A stretch of DNA of 64,000 bases, from assembly GCA_034110685.1 (NCBI GenBank), contig JAWUYS010000002.1:6692-70691 (forward strand). The letters run 5' to 3'. The translations under genes were made by a program, and so were the position numbers. Below the pieces are notes generated by a model. The model saw only the letters and a list, made by a program, of their open reading frames with translations. It did no database searches and was not told the DNA's origin. Positions 1 through 11,446 of this stretch are shown here, one piece after another. Every line of letters starts with the position of its first letter. Position 1 is the stretch's first letter. Origin of the DNA: Neptunomonas sp. (GTDB lineage Bacteria > Pseudomonadota > Gammaproteobacteria > Pseudomonadales > Balneatricaceae).

Positions 1-1
1 T

Positions 2-331
2 GCTCTTGATAAGTTTGTGAATGAAATGCTGCCTATCGTAGACAGCTTAGAGCGTGCATTAGAAACATGTAGTGTTGATGACGAAGCAACGAAAGCGCTT
101 CGTGACGGTGTTGAAATGACACACGGCATGTATGTCGCAGGATTGGCAAAATTTAATGTTGATCGTATCGACCCACAAGGTGAAACATTTGACCCAGTTT
201 TACATCAAGCTATGTCAATGGTAGATGCGCCGGATGCGCAACCTAATACAGTGATCGCGGTTATGCAGAAAGGCTATAGCCTAAATGGACGATTGATTCG
301 CCCTGCAATGGTTATTGTGTCAAAAAGTTAA
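2..331 (+). CDS. grpE: Nucleotide exchange factor GrpE (5'-truncated by window edge)
   Basis: Motifs LPIVDSLERAL, FDPVLHQAM and QKGYSLNGRLIRPAMVIV; directly upstream of dnaK; reading frame open to the window start. Confidence 0.96.
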   Translation, partial: ALDKFVNEMLPIVDSLERALETCSVDDEATKALRDGVEMTHGMYVAGLAKFNVDRIDPQGETFDPVLHQAMSMVDAPDAQPNTVIAVMQKGYSLNGRLIRPAMVIVSKS

Positions 332-349
332 AAAAACCACATTAAATGC

Positions 350-378
350 CTTGAAATTGTACAAAACGTATCCATATA
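350..378 (+). promoter_or_regulatory. Sigma-32 (RpoH) heat-shock promoter for dnaK
   Basis: CTTGAAA (350-356), 14 nt, then TCCATAT (371-377); matches the RpoH consensus CTTGAAA-N13/14-CCCCATnT upstream of dnaK. Confidence 0.8.
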
Positions 379-445
379 AAGGGCATACAGATTTTAACAG
401 ATTTACAGCTCATTAAATTGAGCAATGAATAGCGGAGAAAGAAAA

Positions 446-2362
446 ATGGGCAAAATTATCGGTATAGATCTAGGTACTACCAACTCTTGTGTGGCAGTTC
501 TGGATGGCGACAAAACACGTGTTATTGAAAACGCTGAGGGTGATCGCACAACCCCTTCTATTATTGCCTATACAGAAGATGAAATTTTGGTAGGTCAGTC
601 TGCAAAGCGTCAGGCTGTAACTAACCCGCATAACACACTATATGCAATCAAGCGTCTGATTGGTCGTCGTTTTAAAGATGACGTTGTTCAGAAAGATATC
701 AGCATGGTTCCTTATAAAATCGTTGAAGCTGATAATGGCGATGCTTGGGTTCAGGTACGAGATGACAAGATGGCCCCGCCACAGATCTCTGCTGAAATCC
801 TGAAAAAAATGAAGAAAACTGCTGAAGACTACTTGGGCGAAGAAGTAACCGGCGCAGTTATCACTGTTCCAGCTTACTTTAACGATTCTCAGCGTCAGGC
901 AACTAAAGATGCTGGTAAAATCGCAGGTCTAGATGTTAAGCGTATTATTAACGAGCCAACAGCAGCAGCACTTGCTTACGGTATGGACCAGTCTAAAGGC
1001 GATAAAACAATCGCTGTTTATGACTTAGGTGGTGGTACGTTTGATATCTCTATCATTGAAATTGCAGATGTAGATGGTGAGCACCAGTTCGAAGTATTGG
1101 CTACTAACGGTGATACTTTCCTTGGTGGTGAAGATTTCGATATGCGCCTAATCGAGTATTTGGCAGCTGAGTTCAAGAAAGAATCTGGTATTGATCTACA
1201 CAATGACCCTCTAGCTCTACAGCGTCTAAAAGAAGGTGCTGAAAAAGCTAAAGTTGAGCTATCTACTGCTCAGAGCACTGACGTTAACTTGCCATATATC
1301 ACTGCTGATGCAACAGGTCCTAAGCATCTTAACGTTAAAATCACGCGTGCTAAGTTAGAGTCTTTGGTAGAAGAGCTAGTGACTAACTCTATCAACCCAT
1401 GCCGTACTGCATTGAAAGATGCTGGCCTAAGCGCTTCTGATATCGACGAAGTTATCTTGGTGGGTGGTCAGACACGTATGCCTATGGTTCAGCAAGTTGT
1501 TGCTGATTTCTTTGGTAAAGAAGCACGTAAAGATGTTAACCCAGATGAAGCGGTAGCCGTAGGCGCAGCAATTCAGGGTGCGGTATTGTCTGGTGAAGTA
1601 AAAGACGTTCTATTGCTGGATGTTACTCCACTAACGTTGGGTATCGAGACTATGGGTGGCGTAGCTACTGCATTGATCGAAAAGAACACGACTATCCCAA
1701 CTAAGAAGTCGCAGATTTTCTCTACCGCTGACGATAACCAGAATGCAGTAACTATCCATGTTGTGCAGGGTGAGCGTAAGCAGGCAACACAGAATAAATC
1801 ACTAGGTCGTTTTGACTTGGCTGATATTCCGCCAGCTCCACGTGGTGTGCCTCAGGTTGAAGTAACATTCGACTTGGATGCTAACGGTATCCTAAACGTG
1901 TCTGCTAAAGACAAGGCAACAGGTAAAGAGCAGTCAATTATCATCAAGGCTTCTTCTGGTTTGAGCGATGAAGAGATCGAACAGATGGTTCGTGATGCTG
2001 AAGCTAACGCTGATGCTGATAAACTGTTTGAAGAGCTGACTCAAGCGCGTAACCAGGGTGATGCAATGGTTCACTCTGCGAAGAAAACGCTAAAAGAAGG
2101 TGGCGAAAAAGCAACTGAAGAAGAGAAAACAGCTATTGACGCTGCGATCGCTGATTTAGAAGCGTCACTGAAAGAAGATGATAAAGCTGACATCGAAGCT
2201 AAAACTGAAGCACTGACTGCTGTTATCTCTGCACTGGCTGAGAAAATGTACGCAGATGCTGCTCAGCAAGGCGAAGGCGCTGAACAGTCTGCTGAAGCAG
2301 AGTCTCCTGCTGATGACGCTGTTGATGCTGAGTTTGAAGAAGTTAAGGATGACAAGAAGTAA
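446..2362 (+). CDS. dnaK: Chaperone DnaK (Hsp70)
   Basis: [31 protein letters not shown] and C-terminal DAEFEEV; start placed at ATG 446 after the GGAG RBS (434-437), not 425. Confidence 0.99.
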   Translation: MGKIIGIDLGTTNSCVAVLDGDKTRVIENAEGDRTTPSIIAYTEDEILVGQSAKRQAVTNPHNTLYAIKRLIGRRFKDDVVQKDISMVPYKIVEADNGDAWVQVRDDKMAPPQISAEILKKMKKTAEDYLGEEVTGAVITVPAYFNDSQRQATKDAGKIAGLDVKRIINEPTAAALAYGMDQSKGDKTIAVYDLGGGTFDISIIEIADVDGEHQFEVLATNGDTFLGGEDFDMRLIEYLAAEFKKESGIDLHNDPLALQRLKEGAEKAKVELSTAQSTDVNLPYITADATGPKHLNVKITRAKLESLVEELVTNSINPCRTALKDAGLSASDIDEVILVGGQTRMPMVQQVVADFFGKEARKDVNPDEAVAVGAAIQGAVLSGEVKDVLLLDVTPLTLGIETMGGVATALIEKNTTIPTKKSQIFSTADDNQNAVTIHVVQGERKQATQNKSLGRFDLADIPPAPRGVPQVEVTFDLDANGILNVSAKDKATGKEQSIIIKASSGLSDEEIEQMVRDAEANADADKLFEELTQARNQGDAMVHSAKKTLKEGGEKATEEEKTAIDAAIADLEASLKEDDKADIEAKTEALTAVISALAEKMYADAAQQGEGAEQSAEAESPADDAVDAEFEEVKDDKK

Positions 2363-2474
2363 ACACTTCTTGACCTTATAATTACTGAAGTGTGACAGCG
2401 CGGGCGATAGCCCGCGTTGTTGTGTCCGGCTCCCGGCGGGAGCTAACCGCTGAAAGAGAATTAATCCGGATATG
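2363..2474 (+). promoter_or_regulatory. Structured dnaK-dnaJ intergenic leader with several hairpins
   Basis: Inverted repeats ACACTTC/GAAGTGT (2363-2393), ACAGCGCGGGC/GCCCGCGTTGT (2395-2420), GCTCCC/GGGAGC (2429-2443) and TGTGTCCGG/CCGGATATG (2421-2474). Confidence 0.55.
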
Positions 2475-3590
2475 TCTAAGCAAGATTATTATGAAATTCT
2501 AGGTGTTGATCGTAACGCCAATGATCGGGACATCAAAAAAGCATTTCGCCGTCAGGCGATGAAGCATCATCCAGATCGTAACCCTGATGATGCATCGGCT
2601 GAAGAGAAATTCAAAGAGCTGAACGAAGCTTACGAAGTGCTTTCTGATGCTCAGAAAAAAGCCGCTTATGATCAATACGGTCATGCTGGTGTTGATCCAA
2701 ATATGCGTGGCGGTGCTGGTGATGGCGGCTTCTCCGATGTTTTCGGTGATGTGTTTGGTGATATTTTTGGCGGAGGTGGCGGTGGTCGCCGTCGTAGTTC
2801 GGTTCAGCGTGGCGCAGACTTGCGATACACCATGGAACTGTCGTTAGAAGAAGCAGTTCGTGGCGTCGAGAAAACTATTAAAGTACCTACATTGGTTCCT
2901 TGTGAGCCATGTGATGGTAGCGGTGCTAAAAAAGGTACGACGGCTAAAACTTGTAGTACCTGTGGTGGTGTTGGTCAGGTGCGGATGCAACAGGGCTTCT
3001 TCTCTGTGCAGCAGACTTGTCCTACCTGTCGCGGTGAAGGAAAAGTTATCAGTGATCCTTGTAATAGCTGTCATGGCCAAGGACGTGTTGAAAAAACTAA
3101 GACCCTGTCTGTAAAAATTCCTGCTGGAGTAGATACAGGTGATCGTATTCGTTTGTCAGGCGAAGGTGAAGCTGGCGGCCACGGTGGTCCAGCTGGTGAT
3201 CTATACGTTCAGGTCAGTGTGCGTGAGCATGCAATTTTTGAGCGTGATGGCCGACATCTTTACTGTGAAGTGCCGATTAGCTTTATAGATGCAGCCTTAG
3301 GTGGTGAGCTAGAAGTACCTACATTGGATGGCCGTGTAAAACTGAAAGTGCCGTCAGAAACTCAAACCGGTAAGTTGTTCCGCCTACGTGGAAAAGGTGT
3401 GGCTCCGGTGCGTGGTGGTGGTGCTGGTGATTTGATGGTAAAAGTGGTTGTAGAAACCCCTGTGAATCTGAACAGTCGTCAAAAAGAGCTGTTACGTGAA
3501 TTTCAGGAAGCCACTAAAGATGGACAAAAAAAGCACAGTCCAAAGAGGCATTCCTTCTTTGATTCTGTGAAAAAGTTCTTCGAAGATTGA
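2472..3590 (+). CDS. dnaJ: Chaperone DnaJ
   Basis: J-domain HPD motif, G/F-rich region, four CxxCxGxG zinc-finger repeats. Confidence 0.99.
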   Translation: MSKQDYYEILGVDRNANDRDIKKAFRRQAMKHHPDRNPDDASAEEKFKELNEAYEVLSDAQKKAAYDQYGHAGVDPNMRGGAGDGGFSDVFGDVFGDIFGGGGGGRRRSSVQRGADLRYTMELSLEEAVRGVEKTIKVPTLVPCEPCDGSGAKKGTTAKTCSTCGGVGQVRMQQGFFSVQQTCPTCRGEGKVISDPCNSCHGQGRVEKTKTLSVKIPAGVDTGDRIRLSGEGEAGGHGGPAGDLYVQVSVREHAIFERDGRHLYCEVPISFIDAALGGELEVPTLDGRVKLKVPSETQTGKLFRLRGKGVAPVRGGGAGDLMVKVVVETPVNLNSRQKELLREFQEATKDGQKKHSPKRHSFFDSVKKFFED

Positions 3591-3597
3591 TGTGTAA

Positions 3598-3618
3598 TCG
3601 GGCCGCCTAGCGGCCCGA
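3598..3618 (+). other. GC-rich hairpin between dnaJ and cysE, without a U-tract
   Basis: TCGGGCCGC-CTA-GCGGCCCGA perfect 9-bp inverted repeat. Confidence 0.6.
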
Positions 3619-3635
3619 GTTGTCTGGAGTATTGA

Positions 3636-5269
<1,634 letters not shown>

Positions 5270-5291
5270 GTTCTGGCGAGGCAGTTGTTTT

Positions 5292-5320
5292 AAAAAAGCC
5301 GCTTATGAGCGGCTTTTTTT
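5292..5320 (+). terminator. Intrinsic terminator after dapB (bidirectional form)
   Basis: AAAAAAGCCGCT-TATG-AGCGGCTTTTTTT. Confidence 0.9.
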
Positions 5321-5433
5321 ATATGGTCTAAAATAACATCTTAAATACAGATTATTGTTTCCTTTAGTGAATTTTTTTCTTATGGTATTTTATACTTTGG
5401 TATTGATAAGAAAAACAGTGAGGTGGTAGGGAT

Positions 5434-5823
5434 ATGTCAGCTGCGAAGTTTCCAACATTAACAGAGATGGGTATTGATGAACCTTCTGATATCGAGCGTT
5501 ACACGTCTCGTATTGAAGGTGATGTAGATATCCTGAAGATTTATTTTCATCGCCACCAAGGCGATTGGATGACCAAAAGCAAAAAGTTTAAATTTAAGCG
5601 CATGCACAAAAACATGCGAGTGAATGAAGGTCGTGTACCTTATATTGCTACGACTGAGTCCTCTCCTTACTTTTTACGTGCAGTAGCGGAGTTAGACCAG
5701 CTAGTTAGTGCTGAGAAAACAACGCAAACGCGTAAAGCTAAATTGTTGGATGATATCGAGCATTTAGAGAAAGTTGTTGCACGTAAGATAGAAGATATTC
5801 GTCGCCAGATTGACGAAATGTAA
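5434..5823 (+). CDS. DUF3461/YaeH-family protein
   Basis: PTLTEMGI..DIERY, DILKIYF, KSKKFKFKR and a C-terminal coiled coil LDDIEHLEKVV; GAGGTGG RBS. Confidence 0.8.
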   Translation: MSAAKFPTLTEMGIDEPSDIERYTSRIEGDVDILKIYFHRHQGDWMTKSKKFKFKRMHKNMRVNEGRVPYIATTESSPYFLRAVAELDQLVSAEKTTQTRKAKLLDDIEHLEKVVARKIEDIRRQIDEM

Positions 5824-5860
5824 ATAGCGGAACCTGTCAGCAGGTATTACCAGTTCGCTG

Positions 5861-6490
5861 TTAAAAGGGGTCTGGCAACACATCTATATGGGTTGCATAG
5901 AGTATTTCACAGGCCCCTGCTCCCACGTCTTGACGTGTCATTGATGTATTCCAGAAAAAGCCATCAGCGCTTCGTACATCTACTAGCTGCCCAGACATTT
6001 GAATAATGTCACCCTCGTCCACCCTTGACATCTGATCCCTCACTGCTTCATTAGCAGGAATAATATGTACATTAGACGCACTTATTTCTAATTCTTTGCG
6101 TGTTATCGGTAACTTGTCTGCTCGCCAATGAAACCAACGGCCGCTTTGCGTAATTTTTATTTGATCAGTTACTTGCGGGTTAGCCATAGCTCCCCAACCT
6201 AAAGCGAAATCATAGGGTGAAAGGTCTGACTCTCTTCCGAGACGATAGCGCTCTTTGCCTAATAATCGAGCTGAAAAGTGTATTTCAGCTTTGGGTTGTA
6301 ATATGTACTCGTTAAGCAAAAAAGGCTGTGCGTTTTGGCTAGCGCTCTCTAAAGGCTTCTGTAAAGGTGCCGTTAATGATGCTAATACCGGTGTAATGCC
6401 TGGTTGATATTCCGGTGCAGTATTATTGTTCGGCGCTAACCAGATGAAAAACAACACAATAGCACCTAGTACAGAAAATAATCTGAACAT
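5861..6490 (-). CDS. Hypothetical membrane-anchored or exported protein
   Basis: N-terminal hydrophobic helix (MFRLFSVLGAIVLFFIWL); start moved to ATG 6490 after an AAGGA RBS; motifs DFALGWG, SNVHIIPA, TSMTRQDVGAGACE. Confidence 0.75.
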   Translation of the reverse strand: MFRLFSVLGAIVLFFIWLAPNNNTAPEYQPGITPVLASLTAPLQKPLESASQNAQPFLLNEYILQPKAEIHFSARLLGKERYRLGRESDLSPYDFALGWGAMANPQVTDQIKITQSGRWFHWRADKLPITRKELEISASNVHIIPANEAVRDQMSRVDEGDIIQMSGQLVDVRSADGFFWNTSMTRQDVGAGACEILYATHIDVLPDPF

Positions 6491-6731
6491 GTGTGATCCT
6501 TTCAGTAATCTATCTTGATTATATATCAAGGCTACGATTTTGCTTTTTTGAATGCGTTTTCTGGATGGCTTTGCGCGCGTTTAGCTTTGCAGCACATATT
6601 TTATTATGGATTAAATCAATGATTTTATTGTGAATGAATGGTAAGTATTACTGTCATAACGCATTTGCACAATATATCAGTCATGTCCTATGTTGTAGGT
6701 CAATGCAGCCAACCTTGCTGGGAGTTAACGT

Positions 6732-7043
6732 ATGTACAAGCTCGCTTTTTTTGTTCCTGAGTCTCATCTTGATGTCGTGAAATTTGCTTTGTTTGAACTG
6801 GGCGCAGGCAAGATAGGGGATTACGAGGCCTGTTGTTGGCAGGTATTAGGGCAAGGGCAGTTCAAGCCAGGAGAGGAGAGTCAGCCTTTTATTGGAGAAC
6901 TCAATCAGCTGGAAATGATGTCCGAGTGGAAAGTGGAAATGGTATGTGAAGATCATCTGATTAAAGAGGTGGTTGCCATGTTGAAGCAAGTGCACCCTTA
7001 TGAGGAAGTGGCTTACGACGTTTACAAGCTTGCAGATATATAA
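6732..7043 (+). CDS. YqfO/NIF3-type stand-alone PII-like domain protein
   Basis: YKLAFFVPESH, GAGKIGDY, GQFKP and HPYEEVAYD, as in the NIF3/YqfO insertion domain; GGAG RBS. Confidence 0.85.
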   Translation: MYKLAFFVPESHLDVVKFALFELGAGKIGDYEACCWQVLGQGQFKPGEESQPFIGELNQLEMMSEWKVEMVCEDHLIKEVVAMLKQVHPYEEVAYDVYKLADI

Positions 7044-7169
7044 GTTAAGACTTCACTTAGGGCGAAATGTAGATAGTGAATATATCTATTATTGAAATAG
7101 CTATTAAGTGGCGCCTGAGTCTAGTTACTGAATTTCTTGATTTTAGAAAGCAATAGGATGGATAGATAA

Positions 7170-8525
7170 ATGGACTTAGGGTTCACTTACTATAAAGGCA
7201 TATCTAGCATTGTTGGTGATATTGTTAATTTACGAGTTTCTGATGTGGCGACTATGAGCACGCCACCGAGAAATCGTGACCTGGCGATTATTGAGCAAAA
7301 CGGCGAATTCTTCTCTTTAGCCCAGATTATCAAACTGTCTGATGATCTGGTGTCACTACAGGCATTCTCTGGAACCAAAGGTCTGTCGAATAATGCTTGC
7401 GTGCGTTTTTTGGGTGAAACCATGCAGGCCATTTATTCTGAAAATATCTTCGGTCGTATTTTTAATGGCTCTGGTGTTCCAATCGATAACGGACCTAGTT
7501 TGACTCAGGAGCCTAAGGTTGCCATTAATGGTCCTACAGTAAATCCGGTGTCGCGTGTACTTGCATCCCGGATGATCCGCACTAATGTCCCGATGATTGA
7601 TGTGTTTAACTGTCTTGTAGAAAGCCAAAAGATTCCTATTTTTTCGGTTGCAGGTGAGCCATTTAATAAATTTCTAGGGCGTATTGGTGTTCAGGCAGAT
7701 GCTGATGTCGTTATTTTTGCGGGCCTTGGTTTGATCTTTGATGATTACTACGGCTTCAAAAAAATGTTTGAAGATGCTGGTGTCATGTCTCGAACAGTCA
7801 TGTATGTCAATCTCGCCTCTGACCCTGTTGTGGAGCGATTAATGGTGCCTGATCTGGCATTAGCAGTCGCCGAAAAGCTCGCCGTCGAAGAGGGTAAGAG
7901 GGTATTGGTGTTAATGACTGATATGACAGCTTACGCTGATGCCATGAAAGAAATTGGTATTGCGATGGAGCATATCCCGTCCAATCGTGGCTATATGGGC
8001 GATTTATACTCTCAGTTGGCACGCCGTTACGAGAAGGCCTGCGACTTCAGAGGCGCTGGTTCAGTTACCATATTATCTGTTACGACCATGCCGGGTAATG
8101 ATGTGACTCATCCGGTGCCGGATAACACTGGGTACATTACAGAAGGCCAGTTTTATCTTCATAATGGTGTTATTGATCCGTTCGGTTCGTTATCTCGTCT
8201 CAAACAGCATGTTATTGGTAAACAAACACGAGATGATCACAGTCAAATTATGAATACCATGATTCGCTATTACTCTGAGGGTGTTGATGCAGAGCAAAAG
8301 CAGGCAATGGCATTTGATTTAAGTGAGTTTGATCACAAGTTATTAAAGTTTAGTCGGTTGTTTAAACAGCAATTTATGCGCCTAGATATTTCGATGGAGC
8401 TAGAGCCTGCACTGGATGCTTGCTGGGTATTGCTTGCTGAGTGTTTTGATAAAGAAGAAGTCGTCATCAAGCAGGTATTAAAGGACAAATATTGGGCAGG
8501 GACTGATGGCAAAGTTAGCGCTTAA
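7170..8525 (+). CDS. ntpB: V/A-type ATPase subunit B (non-catalytic)
   Basis: SQKIPIFSVAG, LMTDMTAYADA, PSNRGYMGDLYSQLA and THPVPDNTGYITEGQ; no P-loop. Confidence 0.95.
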   Translation: MDLGFTYYKGISSIVGDIVNLRVSDVATMSTPPRNRDLAIIEQNGEFFSLAQIIKLSDDLVSLQAFSGTKGLSNNACVRFLGETMQAIYSENIFGRIFNGSGVPIDNGPSLTQEPKVAINGPTVNPVSRVLASRMIRTNVPMIDVFNCLVESQKIPIFSVAGEPFNKFLGRIGVQADADVVIFAGLGLIFDDYYGFKKMFEDAGVMSRTVMYVNLASDPVVERLMVPDLALAVAEKLAVEEGKRVLVLMTDMTAYADAMKEIGIAMEHIPSNRGYMGDLYSQLARRYEKACDFRGAGSVTILSVTTMPGNDVTHPVPDNTGYITEGQFYLHNGVIDPFGSLSRLKQHVIGKQTRDDHSQIMNTMIRYYSEGVDAEQKQAMAFDLSEFDHKLLKFSRLFKQQFMRLDISMELEPALDACWVLLAECFDKEEVVIKQVLKDKYWAGTDGKVSA

Positions 8526-9120
8526 TAAAAGTGCCTTAAGCAAAGAAAAGCACCGCAAAGCTTCTTATGGTCGTTATCTGCCATCGCTTGAGATGAAGCA
8601 GAAGCAACTATTGCTCGAGCGAAAAAAAGCAGAAGAAGCGTTGCAGCAGCATGTGCAGGATATTGAGTCATTGGAAGCTTCTGTCTATCAGAACCTTCCA
8701 ATGTTAGCGGTTGTAAATATCCAAATGGATGGTTTGGTTGTTGTCGAAAGCTTTAAGCTTGCTGAAGAAAACCTGTTAGGAACCAAAGTACCTATTTTAG
8801 AAAGTATAACCTTCAAACGAGCCGAATATGGTTATCTTATTCGTCCGCATTGGTTTGAAGAACTCGCCACCTCTCTTGAAAAAGTCATGCAGCTTAAAAT
8901 GGAAGAGCAAGTTCTGCGCATCAGGCTTGAAAAACTAAAGTTGGCAGCACGTACTATTACCCAACGGGTTAATCTATTTTCTAAAGTGCTCATTCCTGAA
9001 GCTGAAGATAATATAAAGAAAATCGGGCTTTTCTTATCTGACCAAGAAAGGGCCGGTGTTGTTCGCTCAAAACTAGCTAAGCAAAAAAAGCTGGTTGATT
9101 TAGGGAGGGAGCAGTTATGA
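8506..9120 (+). CDS. ntpD: V/A-type ATPase subunit D (central stalk)
   Basis: LPSLEMKQKQL and TITQRVNLFSKVLIP; coiled-coil termini; 204 aa. Confidence 0.93.
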   Translation: MAKLALNKSALSKEKHRKASYGRYLPSLEMKQKQLLLERKKAEEALQQHVQDIESLEASVYQNLPMLAVVNIQMDGLVVVESFKLAEENLLGTKVPILESITFKRAEYGYLIRPHWFEELATSLEKVMQLKMEEQVLRIRLEKLKLAARTITQRVNLFSKVLIPEAEDNIKKIGLFLSDQERAGVVRSKLAKQKKLVDLGREQL

Positions 9121-10913
9121 GTATTGCGGCGCTACAAAAACTAACTTTGATTGGCGAAATAAATGAAAAAAATGCCATTATGGAGCAGTTTCAAACATTT
9201 GGATTAGCTCACCTCATTACACTATCGGAGCAAACTCTAGAGCAATCAACAGATGCAACAACCTACCTGCGAGAAGCATTAAGCTATTTGATGAGCGCGC
9301 CGCTTAAAAGACGAATGCAGATGCCATCTGAATCAATTGAGTTGTCAGATGTAATTGACCGAGTCATAAAAAACAAAGTTGCTCGTGAAGATGTCATTGA
9401 TGAAATTGAGTTAATAGCAACAAGACAAAAAGAATTAAGTGTATGGGGTGATTTTGAGTTCCCTCCCCTGGACGAACTAAACCAGTATCGAGTTTGGCTT
9501 TACTTAGTACCACTGAGTAAAGAAGCACTGCTGGCAAATGTTGAACTTCCCTGGAAGATTATTAACAGAGATCACAAAAGTATCTATCTGGTAGTGATTG
9601 CAGTGGATGAACCTAGTGTTGAGCAGGTAGCGTTTCAACGAGCACATATCGGTCCAAATTCTCTTTCTTGTCTGGCTAGATTAAAAAATGATGCGCTCGT
9701 GCGGTTGGAAGACTTGAATGCCGAAAGGCAGCTGCTAACACGCTGGATACTGTCGCTGACGCTCTCTTTGAATGACACTATTAATGCGCATGAGTTGGCC
9801 TTGGCGGAGCAGCTTGTTTTGGAAATCGGTGATTTTTTTGTTCTACAGTCCTGGGTGCCTGAAGATAGTTTGTCTGCTTTTAGAGCGTGGGTAGAAGGCT
9901 TGCCGGTTGCTTATCAGCTTGAAAAACCTACTGTAAATGAGCTTCCGCCTACGCTATTGAAAAACGGCAGCATTATGGGAGGAGGAGAAGAAGCGGTCTC
10001 TTTCTTTCAATTGCCTGGTTATCGTTCTTGGGATCCTTCAATTGTCATTTTTTTCTCTTTCTCATTGTTCTTTTCAATGATTATGGCCGATGCAGGTTAT
10101 GCGCTGGTATTAGGTGGCATTTTGTTGATCTCATGGCAAAAGCTCAGTGCTGGCAGTGAAACTGCGCTAAGAATTCGTAACTTGTGGGTGGCACTGGCAA
10201 CAGCGGCGTTTATTTATGGCGTTTTGGTGGGGAGTTACTTTGGCATTACACCCACCGATGGGACGCTCCTTAGTCGCTTGCATGTGATCAACATGGACGA
10301 TTTCTCGTCGATGATGAAGTTATCGATTGGTGCCGGTGTTTTGCATTTAGTGATTGCAAATAGCATGGTTGCCTGGGGAAAGCGCGCATCCTTAGTTGCG
10401 CTTTCGTCGGTGGGTTGGGTGCTGAGTATTGTCGGTGCTTTTACTTTATGGCTTAGCTACATGCGTGTCGATGATCTTGATGTGGCAGGTGCGTTTTCTT
10501 TGAAAGTTATCATTACTGGCATTGTGTTTATTTTATTGTTTTCAGGTGAGCGCAAGCTGGATAGCGTAAAAAGTTCGTGCTTGCAGTTATTTGACGGCTT
10601 TACAGCGTTATATGGCTTATCTAAAGCGTTTGGTGATGTACTTAGTTATATGCGCTTGTTTGCTTTGGGTTTGTCCAGTGCCTCGTTGGCGGTGACTTTT
10701 AATGATCTTGCTGTTGTAGCAAGAGATTCGGTATCAGCAGGCGGGTTTATTTTGTTTGCGTTAATTATTCTCCTGGGACACGGATTAAATTTTGTGCTCG
10801 GTGTTATGAGTGGAGTGATTCATGGTTTGCGCCTGAACTTACTTGAATTTTACAACTGGGGTGTAAAGGGCGAAGGCTATCCCTTTAAAGCTTTTAAGAA
10901 ACGAGGAGAATAA
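9117..10913 (+). CDS. ntpI: V/A-type ATPase subunit I (a)
   Basis: Soluble N-terminal half, PPTLLKN, P.Y..WDPS, MADAGY, DVLSYMRLFALGL (essential Arg) and HGLRLNLLEF; multiple TM helices. Confidence 0.95.
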   Translation: MSIAALQKLTLIGEINEKNAIMEQFQTFGLAHLITLSEQTLEQSTDATTYLREALSYLMSAPLKRRMQMPSESIELSDVIDRVIKNKVAREDVIDEIELIATRQKELSVWGDFEFPPLDELNQYRVWLYLVPLSKEALLANVELPWKIINRDHKSIYLVVIAVDEPSVEQVAFQRAHIGPNSLSCLARLKNDALVRLEDLNAERQLLTRWILSLTLSLNDTINAHELALAEQLVLEIGDFFVLQSWVPEDSLSAFRAWVEGLPVAYQLEKPTVNELPPTLLKNGSIMGGGEEAVSFFQLPGYRSWDPSIVIFFSFSLFFSMIMADAGYALVLGGILLISWQKLSAGSETALRIRNLWVALATAAFIYGVLVGSYFGITPTDGTLLSRLHVINMDDFSSMMKLSIGAGVLHLVIANSMVAWGKRASLVALSSVGWVLSIVGAFTLWLSYMRVDDLDVAGAFSLKVIITGIVFILLFSGERKLDSVKSSCLQLFDGFTALYGLSKAFGDVLSYMRLFALGLSSASLAVTFNDLAVVARDSVSAGGFILFALIILLGHGLNFVLGVMSGVIHGLRLNLLEFYNWGVKGEGYPFKAFKKRGE

Positions 10914-10915
10914 AA

Positions 10916-11362
10916 GTGGAACAATTCATAATTACCTTAGGGTGGTTGGGTATATTTGCTCCAACAGCATTAGGTGCCATTGGTAGTAGCTACGGATGCT
11001 CGCGTGCGGGACAGGCAGCCGCAGGTGCTTTGCTCGATACAGAAAGCGGTTATGGTAAATATATTGGCTTATCTGCCATGCCTTCAACTCAGGTTATTCT
11101 TGGTATTGTTGTGATGTTTACGCTTAATCGAGAGCTTACAATTGATAACTCTCCTGGCATTTTTGCGATTGGAACGCTCACCGGCTTGGCGCTAATGATG
11201 AGTGCTATTTATCAAGGGCAGGCACTTGTTGCTGCTATAAATGCTGCTAAAAATAAACCGGAAATATTCGGTCTGGCAATTGCTCCTGCCGCTATTGTTG
11301 AAGGTTTCTCCGTATTCGCCTTTGTTTTTGCATTAGTGCTCGCAGGTTCTTTGCCTGCTTAA
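10916..11362 (+). CDS. ntpK: V/A-type ATPase subunit K (c, four-TM proteolipid)
   Basis: Duplicated hairpin; GSSYG, MPSTQ, YQG and IVEG (Glu129); GTG start after the GAGGAG RBS. Confidence 0.94.
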   Translation: MEQFIITLGWLGIFAPTALGAIGSSYGCSRAGQAAAGALLDTESGYGKYIGLSAMPSTQVILGIVVMFTLNRELTIDNSPGIFAIGTLTGLALMMSAIYQGQALVAAINAAKNKPEIFGLAIAPAAIVEGFSVFAFVFALVLAGSLPA

Positions 11363-11446
11363 ACGGCAACTTAATGGGTTTATTTCCTGAATAAGGGAAG
11401 GCTGATAGTAGAGTATAAGCGTAACGCTCAGGAGTAAGAGGTCGAT

